A stretch of DNA of 64,000 nucleotides, taken from positions 96,001 to 160,000 of the forward strand of contig JAYTOU010000060.1 in NCBI GenBank assembly GCA_043747615.1, written 5' to 3'. The DNA is from Myxococcales bacterium (GTDB lineage Bacteria; Myxococcota_A; Polyangia; Polyangiales; Polyangiaceae). A program made the position numbers and the translations under genes. A model generated the notes under the pieces. It saw only the letters and a list, made by a program, of their open reading frames with translations. It was not told the origin of the DNA and did no database searches. How positions within the stretch are numbered: the stretch's first letter is position 1; each line of letters begins with the position of its first letter. Shown here one piece after another: positions 47,927 through 57,084 of this stretch.

Positions 47927-48631
47927 GTGAATACTCTTCCCGGAATTTACGGTCGCAAGCTCGGCTGCACGCAGCTCTTCACCGCGGACGGCACCGTCCA
48001 GCGCGTCACCGTCCTCGAATGCGGACCCGTCGTGGTCGTCGGCAAGCGCACGATGGAAAAAGACGGCTACACGGCGCTCATCGTCGGCATGGACGAGCGC
48101 AAGGAAAAGCACACGTCGAAGCCCCTCGCCGGCATGTACAAGAAGGCAAGCGTCACCCCGAAGCGCTTCCTGAAAGAGCTTCGCGCCAACGACGAGTTCT
48201 GCGCCAAGTGGGAAATCGGCGCGACGATGAAGCTCGACGAGATCTTCAAGGTCGACCAGTACGTCGACGCGCAAGGCGTCACCCGCGGTCGCGGCTTCAC
48301 CGGCGTCATGCGCCGCTGGAACTTCGCCGGCGGTGTCGGCTCGCACGGAACGCACGAGTACTTCCGTCACGGCGGATCGATCGGCACGAACATGACGCCG
48401 GGTCGCACGCTCCCCAACCTCAAGATGCCCGGTCAGTACGGCAACGAGACACACAGCGTGCTCAACCTCAAGGTCGCGCGCATCGACGTCGACAAGCACT
48501 TGCTCATGATCCATGGCGGCATCCCCGGATCGAAGAACAAGATCGTCCTCGTCCGCCAGGCCGTGAAGAAGTCCAAGAAGAAGGTCGCTCCGCCCCAGAA
48601 GCAGGGCAAGCAGAAGACCGCCGCGGTCTAA
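47927..48631 (+). CDS. rplC: 50S ribosomal protein L3
   Basis: GRKLGCTQLF, DGYTAL, GRGFTGVMRRWNF, HG..RHGGSIG, PGR and KMPGQYG motifs. GTG start after AGGA. Confidence 0.96.
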   Translation: MNTLPGIYGRKLGCTQLFTADGTVQRVTVLECGPVVVVGKRTMEKDGYTALIVGMDERKEKHTSKPLAGMYKKASVTPKRFLKELRANDEFCAKWEIGATMKLDEIFKVDQYVDAQGVTRGRGFTGVMRRWNFAGGVGSHGTHEYFRHGGSIGTNMTPGRTLPNLKMPGQYGNETHSVLNLKVARIDVDKHLLMIHGGIPGSKNKIVLVRQAVKKSKKKVAPPQKQGKQKTAAV

Positions 48632-48641
48632 AGCTAACCCA

Positions 48642-49604
48642 TCAGAGGCAGGTGCCTTTGAAGCCGTGACGCGGCGTCGGATCACAGCCCGATGCCGCGA
48701 TTCGGCCGCTCGCGTCGAGCAGCGTCGACACGCTGCGAGTTCCGTCGGGCGGATAGATGGTGCAGATGCCTCTCACGTCTTCCTGCGTGAGCCGTCGCTT
48801 CTTCGCGCCCGCCGTCGAGTCCCCCGATTTGTACATGACGGCGTCCCGCAGCGGTGAGTGCGCGAGGCCGAAAAAATGGCCTAATTCGTGGGTGAGGACG
48901 GCTTGCAAATCGTACGTGTCGGGAGCGTCGCGGTTCGTGTCGTCGACAGGAACGATCGCGTAGTCGGCGGAGTTGAGCTCAAGGTCGGCGTCCAAGATCT
49001 CGCCCGTATGCGGATCGAACGTCACCGTGGTCAGGGCCACGGTCGGTGACTTGGGCAGGCCGCTCTCGTCGCGATCCTTCTGTTCGTAAGGCCACACGTC
49101 GTCGTGGAAGACGATGAGGTTTTCGTTCGGCCCCTCGCGATCGTATCCGGCGGACGTGCAGGAGACCGCTCCGAGATCACGCGCGTCGATGCTCGCACGC
49201 GACACGAGCTTGTCGGTCGAAGGGCAGCTCGCGCCGACCCACGTCGTGAACGCCGCCTCCACCGTGCGGGAGAAGACATCGAACGAAACGGCGTGGCTGG
49301 CGGCCTTTTGCAGGTCGTATCCGACGCACCCCGTCCGCCACCACAAGGGAGCGTTGGAGGCCTTTTTGTCGTGGACGCAAACGTCGGAATCCGCCCAATC
49401 GAGCGGCTCGCAGAGGCCACCGGGCGTGGGGTAGTCCCTGGGCGGCTGGCAGGTCGTCGTGCGGCAAAAACCGGAAGGACCGGTATCGGCGGAGTGATCG
49501 ATCCCCGTGGGTTCTTCCGCCCCCGACGAGCAGGCCGCCTGAGCGAGCGCGAAGGTCGCAACCACCGAGAACGATGCGAACGCACGCGGCACGCGGGAAG
49601 CCAT
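48642..49604 (-). CDS. Matrixin (M10)-like zinc metalloprotease lipoprotein
   Basis: Lipobox QAAC, GEILDADLELN, HELGHFFGLAHS and Met-turn AVMY. Confidence 0.9.
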   Translation of the reverse strand: MASRVPRAFASFSVVATFALAQAACSSGAEEPTGIDHSADTGPSGFCRTTTCQPPRDYPTPGGLCEPLDWADSDVCVHDKKASNAPLWWRTGCVGYDLQKAASHAVSFDVFSRTVEAAFTTWVGASCPSTDKLVSRASIDARDLGAVSCTSAGYDREGPNENLIVFHDDVWPYEQKDRDESGLPKSPTVALTTVTFDPHTGEILDADLELNSADYAIVPVDDTNRDAPDTYDLQAVLTHELGHFFGLAHSPLRDAVMYKSGDSTAGAKKRRLTQEDVRGICTIYPPDGTRSVSTLLDASGRIAASGCDPTPRHGFKGTCL

Positions 49605-49647
49605 CGCGGTGAAGCCTACATCGAAATCGACCTGCACGCCGAGTACG

Positions 49648-50388
49648 TCAGAGGCAAGCGCCGAGCTCGAGGCCTTTTACTTTGAAGGGAGTGCACACGG
49701 TTCCCGCCGTGCATTCCGCTTGCGACGCGCAGATGTGGAGCTCGCCGGCGCCGCACGAGGTCGCGCAGGCGCTCGCCGCAAGGCTCACGCTCCCGCGAAG
49801 AAAGCCACAGGCCGGATCGACAGCGAGTGTTCCTGCCGCGCAGCAGACCTTCCCGCCGTCGCAATCGAGAGTCTCTTCGCACGCCCACGCCGCAGATCCC
49901 ACGACCGGGCACGCCGTTCCTTTGGCTTGGCAGCTCGACGCGCTCCCGCTCACGTGGGGCGGCTCGCAGCACTCGTCGGCGGCGCCGCACACCATCGGCA
50001 TATTTCCCGGACCGAACGGACAGTAGACGCCGGGGCTCGCACGAAAGCGAAGCATGGGCGTACTGGGATTGCTGCACATAGCGGCATCGGCCGCGTCGAT
50101 CGTCATCGCAGAGTCGCTCACGTCGGCGTCGTGACCGGAGTCGAGGGCGGCGTCGTGCCCGGACTCAAGAGCGGCGTCGTCGACGGCTGCGTCCATCGTC
50201 TGGGCGTCGCTGCCTTGCCGCGCATCGCCCGCGCGTGAAGCGTCGCTGGGAGTGGCGCCGTCGGATTCCTGCGATCCGCCCCCGTCGGGATCTTCGTGGA
50301 CTCCTCCGGAGCTCGACGAGCTGCACGCCGCTACGACGCCGGCGATCATGACATACGACCATTGCTGCCTGAGAATAGTGCGGACCAT
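49648..50388 (-). CDS. Cys-rich lipoprotein
   Basis: VAAC followed by poly-Ser, a DA(A/G)-rich linker and a C-terminal Cys-rich domain. Confidence 0.75.
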   Translation of the reverse strand: MVRTILRQQWSYVMIAGVVAACSSSSSGGVHEDPDGGGSQESDGATPSDASRAGDARQGSDAQTMDAAVDDAALESGHDAALDSGHDADVSDSAMTIDAADAAMCSNPSTPMLRFRASPGVYCPFGPGNMPMVCGAADECCEPPHVSGSASSCQAKGTACPVVGSAAWACEETLDCDGGKVCCAAGTLAVDPACGFLRGSVSLAASACATSCGAGELHICASQAECTAGTVCTPFKVKGLELGACL

Positions 50389-50482
50389 GCAGGAAGGAGC
50401 CGGGCTGCGCTGGAATGTCGCGCGTTATTTTCTGCCTCGGTGCTTGCGCGGGAAACGATGACGTTTCTATACATCGAGCAAC

Positions 50483-51130
50483 ATGCGCAAGAAGAAGCAG
50501 CTCGTCGTCCGCTCCGCCGCCGGCCGGGGGCGCTACGACAGGCAGCAGCCTTCAGGAGAACGTTACGACGAGCAGCGCGCGCGTTTTCTTTCTGCCGCGG
50601 CCGATGTCTTCGCCACGAAGGGCTTCGCCGACGCCAGCGTGGAGGACGTGGTGGTCATCGCGGGCATGAGCCGCCGCACCTTCTACGAGCACTTCGACGA
50701 TCTCAGCGATGCGCTGATGCAGGTCCACGAGATGGCTGCGAGCATGTGCTTTCGCGTCGTGGAGGAGCGGGTTCGTGCAGCGCCGGACCCGGTGGCAAAG
50801 CTTCGCGCGGGAGTGTTCGCGTTCCTCGAGATGCTGTCGCAGCACGCGCCCCTCGCGCGCGTCGTGTTTCGAGAAGTTCGTGCTGCCGGCCGGGAGTTCG
50901 AAGTCCGCCGCGAAGCCACCGTCGCCCGCTTCGTGGGTCTCCTCTTCGAGGGAGTCGCCGAGGCCCACGTGGCCGGAATCGCGTCACGCGCCCCCGACGA
51001 GCTCACGCTCTACGCTCTCGTCTCGGCGATGGAAGCGGTGGGGATGCGCTACGTCGAGCGGCGTGAAGAAGCGCGGGCGACCGAAGCGGCCCCGGCCCTT
51101 ACGGAGCTGGTGATTCGCGCATTCCGCTGA
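50483..51130 (+). CDS. TetR/AcrR family regulator
   Basis: AAADVFATKGFADASVEDVVVIAGMSRRTFYEHF helix-turn-helix. Confidence 0.93.
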   Translation: MRKKKQLVVRSAAGRGRYDRQQPSGERYDEQRARFLSAAADVFATKGFADASVEDVVVIAGMSRRTFYEHFDDLSDALMQVHEMAASMCFRVVEERVRAAPDPVAKLRAGVFAFLEMLSQHAPLARVVFREVRAAGREFEVRREATVARFVGLLFEGVAEAHVAGIASRAPDELTLYALVSAMEAVGMRYVERREEARATEAAPALTELVIRAFR

Positions 51131-51133
51131 GGA

Positions 51134-51168
51134 TTGACCGGGGCATGAAAACAACTATGTTTTATTGA
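51134..51168 (+). promoter_or_regulatory. Putative sigma70 promoter with an overlapping palindromic operator
   Basis: TTGACC-N16-TATGTT, with palindrome AAAACA-N4-TGTTTT (51148-51163) in an AT-rich patch. Confidence 0.5.
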
Positions 51169-51983
51169 TGAGCATCACGCCGCGCAAGCGCTCGTTTTCC
51201 TTTGGCCCCGAGATCCCGCGCCACTGGCTGGCGGGTAGTCCGTTCGCGACCCACCTCGTCAACGGTCTCAACCTCGTTTTTCCAGCAGGCGAGCGCTTCT
51301 TCATGCGGAGCGTCAAGCACTACGCCCACGTCATCGAGGGCGATGCCGTGCTCGCCGAAGAGGTGCGCGCCTTCCTCGCTCAAGAAGCCATCCACGCGCG
51401 TGAGCACGATCGCTTCATTCGCTTGTTGCAGGAGGAAGGCTTCGATCTCACGCGCTTCATGGCCTTCTACGAATGGGTGCTGCGCCGCGTGCTCGAACGC
51501 GCGAACCCGCCGAAGCTGAATTTAGCGGTTACCGTCGCGCTAGAGCACTTCACGGCCACGTTCGCGGAGCGCGCTCTCACGCGTCACACACTGCTGGAGG
51601 ATGCCCACCCGGTGATGCGAGATCTTCTGCTTTGGCACGCCGCAGAGGAGATCGAGCACAAGGCCGTCGCCTTCGATGTCCTCAAGAAAGTCGATCCCAG
51701 CTATGCGCTGCGGGTCGCGGGGCTGCTCTTTGCCAGCAGTAGCCTCCTCGCCTTCTGGTGGCTCGGGACCCTCACGCTTTTTCTGCAGGATCGGCAGGCC
51801 AAGATGGCGCTCCGGCCAGGCGGCGCCCAAGCCCGCATGGTCCGCGGCGATCTTCTCGGGCTCACGGCCGTCTTTGTAAGCTCTTTTGTCGACTACCTGC
51901 GCCCCGGATTCCATCCGCGGGATAGCAACAACCTTCCGCTCGCGGAGAGCTACCTTCGCGAAATGGCCGCTGCGGCGGCGTAG
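51168..51983 (+). CDS. Predicted metal-dependent hydrolase (ferritin-like diiron family)
   Basis: FPAGERFF, QEAIHAREH, LEHFTA and WHAAEEIEHKAVAFD motifs. Confidence 0.9.
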   Translation: MSITPRKRSFSFGPEIPRHWLAGSPFATHLVNGLNLVFPAGERFFMRSVKHYAHVIEGDAVLAEEVRAFLAQEAIHAREHDRFIRLLQEEGFDLTRFMAFYEWVLRRVLERANPPKLNLAVTVALEHFTATFAERALTRHTLLEDAHPVMRDLLLWHAAEEIEHKAVAFDVLKKVDPSYALRVAGLLFASSSLLAFWWLGTLTLFLQDRQAKMALRPGGAQARMVRGDLLGLTAVFVSSFVDYLRPGFHPRDSNNLPLAESYLREMAAAAA

Positions 51984-51986
51984 GTT

Positions 51987-52208
51987 CTATTCTTCGGACA
52001 GCCAGACGCGCGCGCCACGCATGACGAAGGTACCGGACTCCTCCGTGCGGCCGTTGTCGTTGGCGTTGGCGTTGCCGTGGACGGTCTCCTCCCAGTCGAT
52101 GTCGATTTCGACCAGGGTCGCGCGGCCATCATACGACGGAGCGACCGCGAGCTTGGGCGCGGCTACGTCGGAGGAGCGGAACTCGAAGAGGTCAATGAGC
52201 GTTTGCAT
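51987..52208 (-). CDS. Small acidic hypothetical protein
   Basis: 73-aa ORF filling the gap, converging on the hydrolase. No recognisable motif. Confidence 0.45.
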   Translation of the reverse strand: MQTLIDLFEFRSSDVAAPKLAVAPSYDGRATLVEIDIDWEETVHGNANANDNGRTEESGTFVMRGARVWLSEE

Positions 52209-52501
52209 GACTATAGCTAAGCAACCGCCGTACCGCCGGCTCGAACGAGGATACGCATGGGTTTCACCTGGTCCCGAGAGCCCAGACCGGGTCCTGTGTG
52301 ATCCACCGCTCGTCCCGGCGATCCGGAGCGGATGTCATCAAGAGGCCGTGGTCACTGGCCTTGGGGCCATCGGCGTGAGCGCTCTCGTAGATCTCCTGGC
52401 CGACCGAAGACGCAGAACGAGGTGCGCGCATTCCCGCCCCACCCGAGGCGGAGCTGGCCGAACGGCGCGCGCTCCTGGTTTCAGATAGGCTGGCCTCGAC
52501 C

Positions 52502-53128
52502 ATGGGGCGCGGCGACATTTACAAAAAGCCAGACCACTTCACGGACAAAGCCAAGAAGGCAGGTTTTCCGGCGAGGAGCGTCTTCAAGCTCGAAGAGATC
52601 GACCGGCGGGTGCGTCTCCTCAAGCCCGGTATGCGCGTGCTCGATCTCGGCGCGTCGCCCGGGAGCTGGGCTCTCTACGCGGCGCAGAAGATCGGCGCCG
52701 GCGGCAAGCTCCTGGCGATGGATCTAAACCCGCTCAACACGACGCTCCCACCACAGGCTACATTCATCCAAGGCAATGCTCTCACGATCGAGAACGCGGA
52801 CTTGGCGCGGTTTGCGCCGTACGACGTTGTGCTCAGCGACATGGCGCCGAACACCACCGGCAATCGGCTAGGTGATCAGACGCGAAGCTTCGAGCTGTTC
52901 ATGCGCGCGCTCGAAGTTGCGAGTACGCTGTGCAAGCCGGGTGGCGCTTTCGTGGGAAAAATTTTCATGGGAGAGGATCTTCCCCTCGCCCGTGCAGAGC
53001 TCCGGAAGCATTTCGAGACTGAGCGGTTGATACGGCCGGAGGGGACGCGAAGCGTGAGCTACGAGCTCTTCATCATCGGGCAAGGACGCAACGCCGGCGC
53101 CCCCGCCACGCGCGTCGAACCGATCTAA
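52502..53128 (+). CDS. rlmE: 23S rRNA Um2552 methyltransferase RlmE/FtsJ
   Basis: ARSVFKLEEID, VLDLGASPGSW, DVVLSDMAPNTTG and FVGKIF motifs. Confidence 0.95.
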   Translation: MGRGDIYKKPDHFTDKAKKAGFPARSVFKLEEIDRRVRLLKPGMRVLDLGASPGSWALYAAQKIGAGGKLLAMDLNPLNTTLPPQATFIQGNALTIENADLARFAPYDVVLSDMAPNTTGNRLGDQTRSFELFMRALEVASTLCKPGGAFVGKIFMGEDLPLARAELRKHFETERLIRPEGTRSVSYELFIIGQGRNAGAPATRVEPI

Positions 53129-56100
53129 TGGTAATGTCGTCCGCCACCGACGGGCTCGTAGCTGGGCGCTTCACCATCGAACGCGAGGTCGGCCGTGGCG
53201 GCGTGGGCATCGTGTACCGCGCGCTCGATCAGGTGAGCGGGCAGGCTGTAGCCCTCAAAGTGATCGCCATCCCGGGCGTCGATGCAGGCGAAGAAGCGCG
53301 CTTCAATCGCGAAGGCCGCGTGCTAGCAGGGCTGGTTCACCCGGGAATCGTGCGCCTGGTGGCCTTTGGCACACTCGAAGAAGGGGGCGCGCCCTACGTG
53401 GCGATGGAGTGGATCGAAGGCGAGGACATCGCCCAGCGCATGCGACGAAAAGCGCTCGGCGTGACGCAGTGCTTGGAAGTGGCCGCCCAGATCGCCGACG
53501 CCCTCTCCGCCGCGCACGCCGCCGGAATCATTCATCGCGACGTGAAGCCGTCGAACGTGATCCTCGTCTCGACCGAAGGTCAGCCAATCAGCTCGAAGCT
53601 CGTCGACTTCGGCGTGGCCTCGGCAGAAGACGCGAAGCTCACGCGTACCGGCGCCATCGTCGGAACGCCCGCCTATATGGCTCCTGAACAAGCGCGCGGC
53701 GAAGGCGCTACCGAAGCGCGTGCCGATCTCTACGCCCTCGGGGCCACGCTCTTCGAGATGCTCTCCGGCCGCCCGCCGCACGTCGGACCGACGGCGATCG
53801 CCATTCTCGCGCGTCTGGTGACGACGCCCGCGCCACGCCTGTCTGACGTGATGGCCAACGTGCCGCCTCCGCTCGACGATCTCATGAACGAGCTCTTGTC
53901 GACGTCTCCTTCAGACCGGCCCGCGTCAGCGGCGATCGTTGCCACGCGCCTACGGCTCATCGCGCTCGACCTGAAGGTGGCTGGGGATTTGTTTGCCCCG
54001 AGCCTGAACGACACGGGGTCGTCGGAAAGCGTGCCTCCTCTGAGTGGGGTGTCCGTGCCTTCGGTCGGAGGGTCGCGTCTCGTCACTTCCATTCTCGCGA
54101 CCCATGTTCCCAAGGGCCCGCCTCGAGCGCGTCTGTTGGCTCATTTGCGGGCACGCGGCGCCGAAGCAACCGAGCTCGGCGGAGACGCGATCGTGGCCCA
54201 TCTCGGCGCGAGAAAAGCCTTGGGCGACGAAGCCCCGCGGGCGATCGATCTGGCGATGCGTCTCGCGCGAACCAACGCTGCCGTCGGAGTGGCGACGGGT
54301 CGCACGCGCATGGATCGCACCCGCCCGAGCGGCGAAGTCGTCGACCGAGCGGCGGCCATGGCGCGCGACGCCCAGCGTGGTCAAGTGCTCGCCGACACGA
54401 CGACCACCGAGCTTGCGCGTGGTCGCTACGATTTTCAGGTGCGTGAAGATGGCTCCGCGCTTGTCGGGGCCGAGCATGGTCGCCGAGAAGCGGTCGGCGG
54501 CGCACCCTTCGTCGGTCGCGAGGCCGAGCTCGCCCAGCTCGTGGGTGCGTTCGAGCGTTGCACCGAAGATCGCACGCCGGTGATCGCCACGCTCACGGGT
54601 GCGCCGGGCATCGGTAAAACACGCCTTCGCAGAGAGACGCTCCTCCGCGTAAGCTCGCACGCTGCAGCTCCGCGCGTCGTCCTCGTGCGATGCGAGACCT
54701 TCGGCAAGAGCCATACGCTCGGCGTGGCCGCCGATGTGGCCCGAGGCCTCTGCGGCATCGGAAAAGGCGCGACGAAAGTCGACGCCCTTCTCGCAACGGA
54801 GGCTCTTCGTGATGCCGGAGCCGCGCTCGCCGACGACGCGCGTGAGCTCGTGGCCCGCCTGATGGCGAACGAGCCCCTTCCGGAGCGCGCAGATGCGCGG
54901 GCCGCACGCGACGCGCTGTGGATGGCGCTCACCGAGATCGGGCTGAGCGTTTCTCGCCGCGGCCCCCTCGTGGTCGGCATCGAAGATTCGCAGTGGGCCG
55001 ACGCCGAGAGCCTTTCGTGGGTGGACCACTTCCTCGGGCGCGCGGCGGGTCAGCCGCTCTGGGTGATGGCGACGGCGAGGCCCGGCTTGTGGCGCGATGA
55101 TCCGGATCGTTTCTCGGGGCGCGATCTCGTGCGGGTGGAGCTTCGCCCCCTCTCGCGCAAAAATGTGCGAATCATCGCGAAGGCCATGCTCGGCGAGCGT
55201 GCTGCAGGAGCAGCAGGAGAAGCGCTGGCCGAGTCGATCGCCGGGCAATCCGCGGGCTCGCCGCTCTTTGCCGAGGAGCTGGCGAGGCTCGCCGCGCAAG
55301 GTCGAGATGCGACGTCCGCACCGACGATCGAAGCGGCCATGCAGGTGCATCTCGATGCGCTCGATGACGGCGCGCGCGCCGCGGCCGCGAAGCTCTCGGT
55401 TTTCGGGCTCATGGGCTGGGACAGCGGGCTCGCTGCGATCGGCGGATTTTCTCCCGACGAAGCGGTGGACACCCTCCGCACCCTCGCTGCCGCCGACGTC
55501 ATTCACGAGCAAGCGGTGTCGCGTTTCAAGGACACGCGCGAGTGGGCGTTCAAGCATGCCCTGATGCGCGAGGTGGCCTACGCCTCGCTCGGCGACGAGG
55601 CCCTCAAGAAGAGCCACGCATTGGCCGGCGCATGGCTTGCGAAGATGGGCGAGGACGACGCAACCGTCGCGCGGCATCTCGAGCTCGGCGGCGAGAGCAT
55701 CGTTGCCGCGGGCTATTTGGAAAAAGCTGCACGAAGGGCTATCGCCGCCCACGCTCTCAGCGACGCTGTGTCCATGGCCGAGCGCGCTCTCGCGTTTGCC
55801 GAGGACAAGCCCACGGCCTTCTCTCGCGCACAGCTCCTCGACGAAGCGTGGAGCCGTCAAGATGCGCGGGCCGGCGAACGCGACACCGCAGTCAGGGCGA
55901 TGGAAGAGTCGATCTACGACGTGGCGAGCGAAGTGCGTGCGCGGGGTGCGCGGCTCCGTTACGAGGACGCGTGCGGCGGTGAGGCGGAGACGAGCAACAG
56001 CCTCGAGAAAGTTCGCCGCGAAGCGCAGGCGGCCGGCCTGGCCGACGAAGAAGCTCGTTGCGCGGCGACGCTTGCCGCACGCTACGCGTTCGCGGGGCAG

Positions 56101-57066
56101 CTCGATGCCGCGGCAGAGGTCGCCGATCGTTTGCTGTCGATCGCGCACGACCACGGAATTGCGGGCGCCGCGGTGGACGCGTGGCAGACGCTCGCCGTCG
56201 TCCGGCAGGCACGCGGAGACGTAGGCGCGGCCCTCGAAGCAAGGCGATCGGCTGCGCGCACGGCGAGCGAAGCAGGCCTGAAAACGCGGGAATCGACGCT
56301 CACCATCAACGTGGGCTTCGCGCTCACTACCGTGGGCGCGCGCGCCGAAGCACGGATGGCGATCGAAGCGGGGATCGCGGTTGCCCAAGCCATCGGGTCT
56401 CCCGGCACCATTCGCCACGGCCAGATGAACTTGCTCTGCTGGACGGCAACCTTCGGCCGCGATCCGGCGCTCGACAAGCTCCTCGAAGACCCGCGCGCCA
56501 TCGCCGACGCCGCAATTTCTGGGAGCTGGGTACCCCACGATCGCGCCACCCTGGGCGTGCTCTTTTACCGCGGGCTCGAGCTCATGCGGAGCGAAACGGC
56601 GACAATCGCCAATTTGGAAGCGGCGCGCACGCTGCTCCGTACGGCAGCCCAGGGTTACCAGGCGACGAAGATGCTCGACGTCGTGCCCGTCGCGCTCGGT
56701 CAGGTCGCGGAATCCGAGCGCAAATGCGGGAACGCCGAGCGCGCCCGGGAGCTCGCGCGCGAAGCGGCCGCCCTCCTCGATGAAGGCTCTCCAAGCCTCT
56801 TGAACGAAGCTCCCGTGTTTCTCGCGCTCCACGATGCGTGCGTCGATCTAGGAGACGCCGCCGAAGCGCGCGAAGCAATCGCCCGAGGAATTCCCCGCCT
56901 GGTGACGCGGCTCCTCGGTCTATCGGCCACGCCGTACGCTCTGAACTTTTTGCAGGAGCTCGCGCCGAACGCCGGCCTCGTCGCCGCCGCCATGCGGTAC
57001 GGGCTCGTCCCTCCGGAAATACAGAACGTCCTCGACTTGCAACCGGACACCCAGCGCACCGCCTAG
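53128..57066 (+). CDS. Ser/Thr kinase fused to a degenerate class III cyclase-like domain, a STAND/AAA ATPase and TPR-like repeats
   Basis: HRDVKPSN and GTPAYMAPEQ (kinase). GDAIVAH..GVATG..GEVVDRAA (cyclase-like). FVGREAEL, GAPGIGKT, EDSQWAD, GSPLFAEEL and FKHALMREVAY (ATPase). Confidence 0.9.
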   Translation: MVMSSATDGLVAGRFTIEREVGRGGVGIVYRALDQVSGQAVALKVIAIPGVDAGEEARFNREGRVLAGLVHPGIVRLVAFGTLEEGGAPYVAMEWIEGEDIAQRMRRKALGVTQCLEVAAQIADALSAAHAAGIIHRDVKPSNVILVSTEGQPISSKLVDFGVASAEDAKLTRTGAIVGTPAYMAPEQARGEGATEARADLYALGATLFEMLSGRPPHVGPTAIAILARLVTTPAPRLSDVMANVPPPLDDLMNELLSTSPSDRPASAAIVATRLRLIALDLKVAGDLFAPSLNDTGSSESVPPLSGVSVPSVGGSRLVTSILATHVPKGPPRARLLAHLRARGAEATELGGDAIVAHLGARKALGDEAPRAIDLAMRLARTNAAVGVATGRTRMDRTRPSGEVVDRAAAMARDAQRGQVLADTTTTELARGRYDFQVREDGSALVGAEHGRREAVGGAPFVGREAELAQLVGAFERCTEDRTPVIATLTGAPGIGKTRLRRETLLRVSSHAAAPRVVLVRCETFGKSHTLGVAADVARGLCGIGKGATKVDALLATEALRDAGAALADDARELVARLMANEPLPERADARAARDALWMALTEIGLSVSRRGPLVVGIEDSQWADAESLSWVDHFLGRAAGQPLWVMATARPGLWRDDPDRFSGRDLVRVELRPLSRKNVRIIAKAMLGERAAGAAGEALAESIAGQSAGSPLFAEELARLAAQGRDATSAPTIEAAMQVHLDALDDGARAAAAKLSVFGLMGWDSGLAAIGGFSPDEAVDTLRTLAAADVIHEQAVSRFKDTREWAFKHALMREVAYASLGDEALKKSHALAGAWLAKMGEDDATVARHLELGGESIVAAGYLEKAARRAIAAHALSDAVSMAERALAFAEDKPTAFSRAQLLDEAWSRQDARAGERDTAVRAMEESIYDVASEVRARGARLRYEDACGGEAETSNSLEKVRREAQAAGLADEEARCAATLAARYAFAGQLDAAAEVADRLLSIAHDHGIAGAAVDAWQTLAVVRQARGDVGAALEARRSAARTASEAGLKTRESTLTINVGFALTTVGARAEARMAIEAGIAVAQAIGSPGTIRHGQMNLLCWTATFGRDPALDKLLEDPRAIADAAISGSWVPHDRATLGVLFYRGLELMRSETATIANLEAARTLLRTAAQGYQATKMLDVVPVALGQVAESERKCGNAERARELAREAAALLDEGSPSLLNEAPVFLALHDACVDLGDAAEAREAIARGIPRLVTRLLGLSATPYALNFLQELAPNAGLVAAAMRYGLVPPEIQNVLDLQPDTQRTA

Positions 57067-57084
57067 GAAGCGGCGGGGGCCCTT

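Noticed and set aside
53950..56832. 960-aa antisense ORF and other long shadow ORFs (e.g. 500-1726, 21713-23449, 35380-37023)
   Set aside because: They lie opposite well-supported genes. High-GC codon bias suppresses stops on the antisense strand, and they carry no motifs.
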